A stretch of 64,000 bases of DNA from Guillardia theta CCMP2712 (taxonomy: Eukaryota; Protista; Cryptophyta), in NCBI RefSeq assembly GCF_000315625.1, contig NW_005434618.1:207038-271037 (forward strand), written 5' to 3'. The position numbers and the translations under genes were made by a program. Below are positions 27,001-39,000 of the stretch, in pieces; within the stretch, counting starts at the first letter, position 1; each line of letters begins with the position of its first letter. The notes beneath the pieces are model-generated. The model saw only the letters and a program-made list of their open reading frames with translations, was not told where the DNA came from and did no database searches.

Positions 27001-30000
27001 CGAATATGTAGAGGGGCCTCGTATTCTGTCTCTACAGCCTTCATCTGGGACGGTTGAGGGTCACACTCGTGTGACTGTCATTGGAAGCTACGATCTTCGA
27101 GGACAAGCATACTGTCGCTTTCATATGCAAAGCCTTTCGGGCCAGGATGAGACAGTAACCTCGTCTGCGGTAGAGCGCTTGACAAGCTCTACAATCGTTT
27201 GTGCGACTCCTCCGTCAGTATCGCCGGGTAGTTTCTTCTTACAGGTGAGCGATGATCATGGGTCTTCATACTCGAGCAATCGCGCTGCTTTCCTATTCCA
27301 TCCAAGAGTAGAGCTGCAGGGAGTGCGGCCGAGTCGCGGATACACGAGCGGTAGCTCGCTTGTTACCTGTATAGGGTCTGGCTTCTTGGACAGTGCTGAC
27401 TTGCAATGTCGTTTCGGTTCAGTCAAACAGTCCAGACTCGGATGGTTATCGAGCAGTCTGTTTACCTGCGTGGCCCCGGCTAATAAGCCCGGAAATGTCT
27501 CGTTTGAGGTCAGCAACAACGGCCAGGACTACACCAGCTCCGGTCTTCGCTTCCAGGTCCTAGCGAGACGAGAGTGGCAGCTGTCACCTACCCGTGGCCC
27601 GACCGCTGGCGGCATCGAAGTTACGGTCATCGGCTTTAGCCGCACAGATCAGTCCAGCATCACAATACGACTTGCGGGAACAACCGTTCGCGTTTTATCC
27701 CGCGGTGGGAACAACCTTACCTTCACCTTGCCGGAGGCGTCGGACCTAAACCCTGGCAAGGTAGAGGTGTACATGGTTGATTCCCGTGTGAGGGTCGACC
27801 AAGGCGACTTCCGCGTCTTCGAATATGTAGAGGGGCCTCGTATTCTGTCTCTACAGCCTTCATCTGGGACGGTTGAGGGTCACACTCGTGTGACTGTCGT
27901 TGGAAGCTACGATCTTCGAGGACAAGCATACTGTCGCTTTCATATGCAAAGCCTTTCGGGCCAGGATGAGACAGTAACCTCGTCTGCGGTAGAGCGCTTG
28001 ACAAGCTCTACAATCGTTTGTGCGACTCCTCCGTCAGTATCGCCGGGTAGTTTCTTCTTACAGGTGAGCGATGATCATGGGTCTTCATACTCGAGCAATC
28101 GCGCTGCTTTCCTATTCCATCCAAGAGTAGAGCTGCAGGGAGTGCGGCCGAGTCGCGGATACACGAGCGGTAGCTCGCTTGTTACCTGTATAGGGTCTGG
28201 CTTCTTGGACAGTGCTGACTTGCAATGTCGTTTCGGTTCAGTCAAACAGTCCAGACTCGGATGGTTATCGAGCAGTCTGTTTACCTGCGTGGCCCCGGCT
28301 AATAAGCCCGGAAATGTCTCGTTTGAGGTCAGCAACAACGGCCAGGACTACACCAGCTCCGGTCTTCGCTTCCAGGTCCTAGCGAGACGAGAGTGGCAGC
28401 TGTCACCTACCCGTGGCCCGACCGCTGGTGGAACCATTCTCACTGTTGTTGGAGTTGAAGGCCAAGTGGCATTTCGTTTGGATGTCGGCACAGTTTTCGC
28501 GTTTTATCCCGCGGTGGGAACAACCTTACCTTCACCTTGCCGGAGGCGTCGGACCTAAACCCTGGCAAGGTAGAGGTGTAGCTTGTTTTCGAATTCAGAC
28601 TTGGGATTTGAAGAAAAAGTTTTTCTGTATGAGGTTGGCGGCTACATTACAAGTGTATTCCCTTCACGTGCAAGCGTGAGCGAAACAATTTCGATAACCA
28701 TTGTGGGCAATGGGTTGTCAAATACACCAACATTTCAATTTGATTCTGACAAACTCTTGCTTGTCGTTCTGAATATTACTGATGTCGCAATCACAGCATT
28801 AGCTACCTGTAGTGCCGCCGGAATAGTTTCTCTTCAAATGTGGAAAACCACAGAATGGGTTGCAACTGGTGTATTTTTTGAGTGTATACAAATTCCAATT
28901 GCCTACAACCTATCACCTTCAAAAGGACCCATCTTTGGAGAAATAGCTGTTGTGGTCACAGGAAAATACTTTCTTCAAGGGGAAACTGTTTGCAAATTTG
29001 GAAAACAGGTTGTTGAATCCAAACTCATTTCTTCTGAGCAGATAAGTTGCATTATTCAACCCTCAACGTTTCAAAAGAATATTTCTGTCGCTGTTTCCAA
29101 CGACCGTAAAACCTTTTCGCAGAGTGATTTGAAGTTCCAATATGTCATGCCGTCTCTATCAAGCATTAGTCCCAGCGTTGGATTCATCAATGGCGGTACT
29201 GTGGTCACTGTAAATCCGCAACACTTCACTTCTTTGAACCTGGAGTGCATGTTTGCAAATATCAAAGTGATAGGTTCGAACATTGGAAGTGGCCTGTGGA
29301 CTTGCATGGCACCACCTTTCACTGAAGGAATAGTTATGTTTGAAGTCACGGGAATGCAAAGCGACCTTAGATTTGTGTACGTACAACAACCAATCGTGAT
29401 TACCCTTCAGCCATCCATAGGATTCGTGAATTCTACCTCGAATAATTTCCTCATAATTGGAAAAGGATTTGACAGAAATCACTTCGATGTGTATGCAGAC
29501 TCATACAAAATTAATCAGAGTGTATGGGTTTCATCAAGTATCATTCAGGCATTTGCTCCGCTATACCCTTTTCCGAAGACGGTGACAATTCAGGTTTTGA
29601 ATGGTCCGTTGATAAGCTCGTATTCACAAGTCAAGTATATGCTCCTGGAACCAATCAAGGTCTCTGAAATTGTACCATCTTCGATCTTGGAAGGAACAGA
29701 TGGATGTATTACAGTCAACGGGCAAAACTTTGACACAGAACTCCTATACCAACTGATACTTCGCAACCTCAACTCGTTCGAAGCTATTAAAATTCAGAAG
29801 GATTATTTGATTTTCCGAGTAAATGAGTCCTTCAGGGGAAATGTGACTGCCTTCATTCAGTATGGAGGAATGCATTCTGAAGAATTCACCATTTCCTTCC
29901 TTCCCAGCATGGTTGTGGATACAGTAAGACCTTTATTTTCAGTTGCCAAGGGGGGTCAATTGATCACAATCCTTGGCAGGAATTTTTCGAGTATGTGGGA

Positions 30001-33000
30001 ATCTTACTGTAGCTTTGGCTCTGAGATAATACCCATCAATTATATCTCGCAGACAGCTTTGTCATGTCTATCTCCTCCACTGAAATCCTCTTTTGGCATC
30101 AAAAAGCTGTATCTGGAGATTTACATTCATGCAAATCTGCAAGGGTCCTATGAATTTGAATATCTGGACACTCCTCAAATATATTATGTAAGCCCATCAA
30201 TCGGATACAGTGCCGGAGGATCCTTGGTCACGATCATTGGTGAAAGCTTCTGGAATACTGAGCCAATCTCGAATATATCTTTTGCAGGGGTCCGAGCGAC
30301 CAATCTTCAAGTTCTCAGTCCATCGTTAATCCTGTGTTACACTCCTCCAGCTAATGTGCTAGGTGATGTACAAGTTTCGATCGTGAATGGTTATAATCCT
30401 GAGGAAAGATATACCTCTTCATCATTCTACTACATGGCAGATATTGTTCTGACAGAATCTTCGCCATCAAAGGTGCCTGCGAGATCTCATTCAATCATTA
30501 CCCTTACAGGAAATTGGCAAATCGGCATTCAACCATCCAGTTGTAAATTTGGGTCTTACCTTAGTACAATGGTAACGCTCCTTTCTACGTCATCAATCTT
30601 ATGTTCCACTCCAATGTTTGAAAGAGGGAATTCTACAATACAAGTCGGTTTCAACGGAGGAAACTTATGGTCAAACCGTTTGGTTTTGCAATTCGAAGAA
30701 ATACGGAAGATACAATCAATGACACCCACGAGAGGTTCTGTATATGGAGGAACTCGTGTACTTCTACAAGTCATTGGATTAGACAATTGGAACGATACAT
30801 TTTGCAACTTTGGAAACAAGTTGACAGCTTTGCAGATGTACAAACCATTTGAATATTACTGTTTGACTCCCTCGTCTATAGAGCAGGTTGTCACAGTGTT
30901 GCTGGTGAGTGCTTCGAATGAAATCTATTATGGTGACACATTTGAGTTCGTGAGAAATCCGATCGTCACAACGGTGCACCCTACATTTAGTTTCTTGCAA
31001 GGGGGGATGCTTATTACTTTGAGCGGTGTGAACTTTTTGCAAGGCTGCACCTGCATGTTTGATAAGATTGCAGTTCAATCGGATTATTTAACCTCGTCGC
31101 TGATCCAGTGCTCTACTCCTCCATTTCAGCTCGAGCAAGTATGGCTTGACGTCACGGTCAGCTACCAGGACGTTCCGATGAAAAGCTTCAGATTTACGTA
31201 CACGCAAAGCCCTGTAGTTCTTGGCATGTTTCCCACATCGGGATCAGTGTTTCAATCGAATGAGGTTACGATCACTGGATTGAATTTCTCACCGTTTATG
31301 AATGTAGAGTGCCAATTTGGTGCACAAATTACGGAGGGAAAGTACCTGTCAACATCTCATGTACAGTGCATTACATTTGCCACTATTCCCTCCAACGTTT
31401 CCTTGACTTTGTTCTTCGAGGGGCACCCACGTCGAGATGCTTCGCTTTATTTTGTAAATGTGCCAACAACTCACATCCAATCCATTATGCCGTCCTTTGG
31501 TCCGATATCAGGCAGCACGCTGGTGACCATCATTGGATACTTCCAGTCTTCCAGAACTTTGTGCAAATTTGGATCAATAGTGGTAGACGGACGATTGAAA
31601 TTCCAGACATTGGTGGAATGTGCGTCACCTCGAGAGCAAGAAGGATACGTATTTGTAGAGGTTTCGAACGATGGAAGCTATTGGACAACCAGCCAAACAC
31701 TTTTCTTGTATCACAATCCTACGTCTATCTTCAGTATAAGTCCAACAACAGGACCCTTGTCCGGTCATACCAAGTTGACAATTATGGGAGAAAACTTCTT
31801 GTCTGAACCAGTATGGTGCAAATTTGGAAATTCCCTGATGACTGGGACTGTTGTGAACCATGATATAATCTTATGCGAAACTTCAATGTCTGCACATCCT
31901 GGAGCTGTAGATGTTGAGATCACACAAAACCAGAAAGATTTTTCGCGCAGTGAAATTCAATTTTTATACCAGGACGTATTTGTTCAATACCTATTCCCAT
32001 CATTCGGTACCATAGCTGGAGGGACAAGAATTGTAATCAAGGGTCATGGTTTTCTAAGAACAGGATCCTTGTCATGCAAGTTTGATACTGCGATCGTCAA
32101 GGCTGTTTGGGTTTCAAGGGAAGAATTATGGTGCATATCTCCTCGGAGTGAGTCTGGAGAAATTACAATCGAAGTGTCAAATAATCTTCTGGACTTCTCT
32201 ACCGATGGAAACAAATTCGAATATCTCAGGAATGCAATTGTTTCACGTATAAGTCCCAAACAAGGAAGTCCGATGGGAAACACCGATGTGACTGTCTTCG
32301 GTTCAAATTTTCTGAACAATAATGATATGAAATGTAGATTTGGGAAATTAATTACACCCGTAAAAACATTTTACTCTTCAACGAAGATTGTATGCACCAC
32401 TTTGCCATCATTTGAGGAAAGCGTACGTCTTCAAGTATCAATAAATGGTGAAGAATACTCCAATGAAGGCGTCTCCTATGAGTTCGCCACGATTGCGAGT
32501 GCAGAAAGCATTCGTCCTTCATTTGGACCTTCCAGTGGTCAAACATTAGTTACAATTTCAGGAAGCGGCTTTCGAGAGGCTGATGAGAACTCCTGCAAGT
32601 TCGGTCAAAGATCGACCTTTGCGAAATGGATTTCTGGTTCTATCGTAATCTGTGCAAGTCCTCCAGCATCAGAAGGGCTGACTCCAGTGCAAGTTAGCAA
32701 TGATGGGCTAAATTTCTTACAAGCTTCCATACAATTTCTGTATTACAGTGAACCAGAGATTTTGAGCGTTGTACCGACGTCAAGCCCAACAGGAATCAGT
32801 GGAAACGAAATTTCTGTTCAAGCGACCGGAATCCTGAACAGTCCTTTATTGTCTTGTCGATTTGGAAATCAAATAATAACAGCAATCTACCAATCTTCCT
32901 CTTTGATGAAATGCAAAACTGTTTCTTTCCCACAAGGCCTTGTTTCTTTCGAAATTTCTAACAATGGTGAAGACTTCACGAATTCAGGGAAAACTTTTTT

Positions 33001-36000
33001 GTATGATGCTTTGATTACCATTACTAGTATCATTCCTTCTTATGGGCTTGAATTTGGGGGAACCTCAGTGTTCTTGACAGGATCTAACTTTATCAACTCT
33101 ACAGATTTGTCATGCAGATTTGGTTCAATCACAATTACAGCAGTTTTCTTAGCTCCGGATACCGTATTTTGCATCTCACCTGCACAAGCGCCGGGTGCTG
33201 TAGAATTATCTGCTTCAAACAATGGTCATATCTACAACACAGCTAGATTATTGTTTCATTACGTCCGTTGTCCAGTGGGAAGCTATTGCATTGAAAGTGA
33301 GATTATTACATGTCCTGCCGGATCTTTCTGTCCGGCAGAAGGTCTTTTCAATTTTACGCTATGTGCGCCTGGAACATTTCAAAATCTGGTTGGACAATCG
33401 AGCTGTAAACCTTGTTCAACGGGATTCATATGTCCTGATTTTGGAATGTCATTTCCACAAATTTGTCCACCAGGCTATGTGTGCGATGAGACAGGTCTGG
33501 CATCAGCAACGAAGCCATGCCCTCCCGGCTATTATTGTCTTGCAGGAACATCTACTACAAACTTTAACGATCTGTCTTCCAGCAAACGACCCCTTGCTTG
33601 TCCAGAAGGATTTTATTGCGTTCCCGGTTGCGCGACCAGCATTTCAATCTTGCTCAACTTTACGACTCCCCAACCTTGTTTTGCTGGGTATTATTGTAAT
33701 CCCGGGTCTGAAACTCCACATGGACAAGGACCTTGTCCATCAGGATTCAATTGCCCTCAGTATTCGCCAGGCATGATTAAAGCATGCCCTCCCGGCACAT
33801 TTTGCCCAAATGTAGGCAACGTTGATCCTATGCCTTGTCAACCAGGTTCATACAACGAGAATTATGCCCAGTCTGTTTGCAGCGCGTGCCCTATCGGAAG
33901 AATGTGCCCAACATTTGGTCTATTAGTCCCAAGAATGTGCCCTGCAGGATACGTCTGTGATGAAGCTGGAAAGGCAACTTGGTCCAAACTGTGCCCAGCA
34001 GGATACTGGTGCGTCGAGGGGACCGTTACTTCCAATGCATCGTCTGCACTTACTCCTAGACCGATGCCTTGCAGTCCTGGAACATACTGTTTGATGGGCG
34101 TTTCAACAAATAAAACTGTCCCAGGCAAACTCAGCACGCCGCAGGTCTGTGTTCAAGGCACATACTGCAAATCTGCGACAGGTTCACCGCAAGGAACGGC
34201 TCCATGTCCTCCTGGTTACTTTTGCGGTTCGGGTGTGTCGTCTCCAACTCCAGCTAATCCTGGATACTATGTTGCAAGATCTGGTTCGGTCATTCAAGTA
34301 CCATGTACTCCAGGATTTTTTGCGCCTACATCGGCGACAATCCGATGTCTCGAATGTCCAGCTGGATACACCTGCGCTGCTGATGGGACTGTGTTTCCAA
34401 GTCCATGTCCAGCAGGCACATATCGCTCTGCAATTGATGGAGTAAGTTGTATTTTTTGTCCTACTGGAACATGGTCAAGTCGGGTCGGTCTGACGGACGA
34501 GTCTCTTTGTGAGCCGTGTCCACCAGGAGTCGTTTGCAGCGTTGCTGGTATGACCAATCTGAGTATGAGTTCACCCTGTCCCGAGGGGTTCGTCTGTGGT
34601 CCTCGGACGAATTCTGCTAATCAATTTCTGATTAAATGTCCAGCTGGGTACATTTGCGGGTTTGGAACAACTCCTGGCTCACAATATTCTCAATTGTGTG
34701 ATCCAGGATATGGATGTCCAGAAGGAACTTCTGTCAACACAAAGAACTTGTTCAAATGCGCCAGTGGATACTACTGTCCTGCTGGAAGTACTTCGCAAGA
34801 ACCCGCAGCCACTCAATGTCCACTTGGAACTACTTCAAATGCAGGAGCCCAGAGTGAATCAGACTGCTTCCGTGCAGGAAACACAAGTATCTGCCGGATT
34901 TCTCCGTATTACAGCAACGCCTCTCAAGCGCCAGAGTTTGATTGTATGTTGAAATGGACTTGTTGGAGGACTTCTCCAAATGATCCTGCCGCACAGAGTT
35001 TGTGTATCACCAAAGGAGAGATTGAAGCAAATTATGATTTCTCGGGCAACTTATTGAATCCATCTCTAAGAAATTCTCCAAGCCAATGGGAATACATCGA
35101 AGCTCTTGCTGTAGCAGAGTTTTCGCTGGATTTTCGCAATATTCCAGCAGAAATGAAATACAGAGATCACTTTGAAATAGTACTGTACTATTTCAACAAA
35201 ACGCAAGGAATGAAAGTACACAAGGTCTATGGATCAAATGGAGCACCTGGAAACACTGGAGGATGTCCTTATCTGACTGAGGTTTACAATCCTGCAATTT
35301 ACAATAACGAGCCTACTTGCGCTGAATTCGACGGCACATGGTTTGAAAGCACGCTTGTTGATAAACACGGAATCCTCAAATTTACAATCATGTCACACAC
35401 AGAAATATATTTCCGTGTTGAAATCGAAATTTATCATGGTGCGTTCATAGCTAACAAAAATTTTACTGCATTCAAGAACACTATGACTGTTAAGAAGTAT
35501 TACCCATCCCGCGCTGATTACGATCCGTCATTTGAAGACTTTTCTGTTTATACAAACTTCTCAGCTCCTCTTTCAAGGCCTACATCTACTGCAGGCTTTC
35601 AGGAATCATTATGCACGGTACAGAGAGATTCTCTAGGTTACAAAAATGCAAATTCACCAGCAAGACCTTGCAGCAGGCTGTTCCTTGCTGCCCTGGATTC
35701 TTCAAATACGAACCTTAATGTTGCTTTGAATATTGAAGCTCCCTACAAAGCAATACAGTATACGACACAAAATAATCTCTGGCATTTCCAAACCAAACCA
35801 TGGGTAGATTTTGCAACCACGAATAGCTCTGTTCCTCTTTTGTGGCAACCGTTCAGTTATGTGCCTCCGAATGTCAAAGGTGTTGGACTCAAGTTTGACA
35901 TCGCTTATCCATCAGACTGGTCCAATCAAGTGATGAATCCATCCTCTGGTTTAAATCCTGATGTAGGCAGCGGTGATAATGAAATGATAGTGATACCGTA

Positions 36001-39000
36001 CCTTCCCTTCTTTTCCTCTTGTCGAGGATTTGATTCTCATATACCAATTTTCAGACTTTTTGAAACTCCAAGCATTCAGGGAATTGATGGATCTTGTAAA
36101 CTGATACCAAGTGAATACACGAGGGAAGTGAATCAATATTTATTTTGGACAAGTCCTTCGGCAAGCGAGTTGACCTCTGCAACACCTCCGCAGGACTTTT
36201 GCTCATGGACAGTACAATGCAAATATGAGGAACAAATAGACAAAGCTCCACTCCCGAAGCGTTGGTATTCTCAAGACCCAGGTAGTGTGCTCTTCTATTT
36301 GACGAGAGATGCGTACAACTTTGAGGAATATAGAGATCTTGGAATGTTCAAATCTATGAAAAACACTGATCAGCTGGTAGAGGCTATCATTGGAACTCCA
36401 GCAACTACGCCAGCTGCCAGTTTGGTTGCTGTCGGTGTACCTCGATCAGTAGGTCTGACTGTACAATATTATCAGAGAACCAAGACTCAGAAGAAGATAA
36501 TTGCTATCGAAGTAATGCTGGACAATTATCAGGAAGTTACCAATGCTTCAAATTCGGCAGATCGAAGTTACTCACTTCAAGTTCTCTTCCATGGACTTGA
36601 CTATCAAGATTGCCTTAACAAATTTGCATTCGATGTCGCAGTGTACCTCGTCCTTTACGTATTTGTTGGGATTGGAATGGTGTTCTTTGCTGCTTTCTTT
36701 TGGTCGTTCCATCGACTTTTCACGAGATTGGGATCACCACCCAAATTTCGATTCGTGTCTTACCTAACTCTCACAGCACTACCCCCAATTCAGGGATTCG
36801 CTCTAACCATGTTCCCGCTATGGCCGATGATCGGTTTTTTGCAACTGCTATTTTATCAAACCAGTCCATTGCAAATTTTGCAAACCCAGACGAAAGATTT
36901 TGGTCCTTGGGACACTTACACTAGTAGCAGTCAAGCAGAACAGCTGCTCGTGCAGCAGGGAAGGTTTGCAGTTGGATTGTTTGTTGTGGCAAGCTATACT
37001 ATGTGGCAAGCTTCTAGATTGATGGTCCCCAAGAAAGAATCTGTGGATGTTGAAGAAGCGACCACTTCCGAGAGCTCAGAATCCAAAGTGTGGCTGCCAG
37101 AATTTTGGAGAATGACTCACATAATTTTGTGTTTCTTCATTACTGCAATGGTGGGCTGTATACTTTTCGAATACTCGTTGACAACTATGTTTGCAACAAA
37201 CTTTTGGATATCAAAATTTCTGCTTAAGATATTTCTTTTATTCTATGAGGGATTCTTGGAGGAGATTTTAGGAGAATCTCTGCTGGTGATGCCCCATTCT
37301 ATAGCAATCGATCTGGTTGTATCAATAGCCACGATGGGTGCGGCAACTTTTCTAGATTTCATGCAGAGCTTTATTTTGGAAACCCTTTTGAATATAGCTT
37401 TGAGGATTTACATTGATCCAGGAATAGATGCTGCTTTGGAGAAGTATGAATGGGCATTGCGGGTCTACAAAAGATATCGTGCGCAGCAGGAAATTTTGCG
37501 AGATGAAGAGGGTGCGGATGACGATTTAGATATGGCCTTATGGGAAGATGAAGAAGATGAGGAAACCAAGTCCCCAGTAGAAGATATTATCAGTTCGTAT
37601 GCATCCTATTCGGCAGAATCCATCGGAACACTATTTGCTCCCCTTACAATTCTGTTCGTGCAGTGGACGGAACCTAACATCGGAATGGGTGCAGCATACG
37701 GAATCAAGAGAACACAATTTGTGTACTTCTGGGTGTTCGGATTTGTGATGATACCGTTTCTGTTGGTGAAGGACCTCTTCTTACATAACGTCACAGAGCT
37801 TCATCATGGATGGAAGGTGGCTTTGTTTTTTGTGTGTGACAGAAGACTGAAACATTGCAGGTATATGATTACATGAAATATTGTAAACACAGATATTCAA
37901 AACGAATGTTCCGTTGGAAAGCGGTGGATCCAAATGAAGATGAGAGCATCAATGAAGGGATTAGATCCCTTGATCTGTTGTGTTTTTCCTCGCAGTACTA
38001 TTTCGTTTTATCTCTGGCTACGATAGGCATTGGATTGCTGATCATGTCTCTTGAAGCTTTGATTCGACAGACGGATCGCATTACTTCAGCGAGTCCCTAC
38101 AATCCATTCCAAGATAAGATGCTTCCATTTGTCATAGTAATTATGTTCGCTCTCTGCAAGGTGATAAATTCTTCTGTTTCGATCATTGATCTTCTGATTG
38201 TTTTCCATGCAGTGGCTACACTGGCTGAGTATATACCTCGGTCACAGGATTCTTTGGCGTCATAAACCTGTCAAAGCAGATGTAGACGAAGCAGGAATCC
38301 TTCTTGATGGAGAAAAGAATGAACTGAACCTTCCAGACTGGGGCGGCCAGCCATTTGGAACTGGTGGAGGAGGAATGGGAGGCATAGACATCACAAGCGA
38401 CTCTTTCCGTCACCGCTTCTTTGAGGCTAACAAGCCTTGGATTATACAGCAACTCCGCCAGACCATGTCACCGCGTGCCCAGTTGGAAGCTCTCATGAAG
38501 GGAGAGGCTCAGCCTGAAGACACCTTTGGGGTCCGACAAGATATCAGCGACGATGAGGGAACAGAGTCCGATTCTGATCTCGAAGACAAGATTGAGCTCG
38601 ATGCCGCAGCTAAGGTATGTAAAATCTCTTTCGGTGTTTTCTCTCGTGCTTATGCAGCATGAACTGACGAAAGGCTGACATTTATTGATAGTTGGTGGCT
38701 CGGAGATGGCTGTCTAAAACTCGGAGAAGACTTGGACTTCCTGATAAATCCCAGTCAGGAATTAATATTTCTTCGGACGACGAAACGACAAGCGATGATG
38801 AAGACGCAATTAGGGTTCCAAAACTATCGCCTGTCTCATCAGAGATTGCAAAGCTGTGGCTGTCGAAAGTACGTGCAAACATACGAGCGGCTGATCAAGG
38901 ACGACAAGAAATTGGTCCTGCAAGACAAGACATCTCGTCCGATGATGAATCGGACAGTAACCAAGACGATAGGCCAGTGATTGCCATATCTGCACAAACA

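Noticed and set aside
10939-28428. Tandem arrays as CRISPR, transposons or LTRs
   Set aside because: Units are in-frame protein domains with no spacers, terminal repeats, target-site duplications or transposase/RT motifs.
2540-28600. Programmed ribosomal frameshifting at the three breaks
   Set aside because: No shared slippery heptamer or stop context; the breaks need different shifts and are better explained by tract edges.
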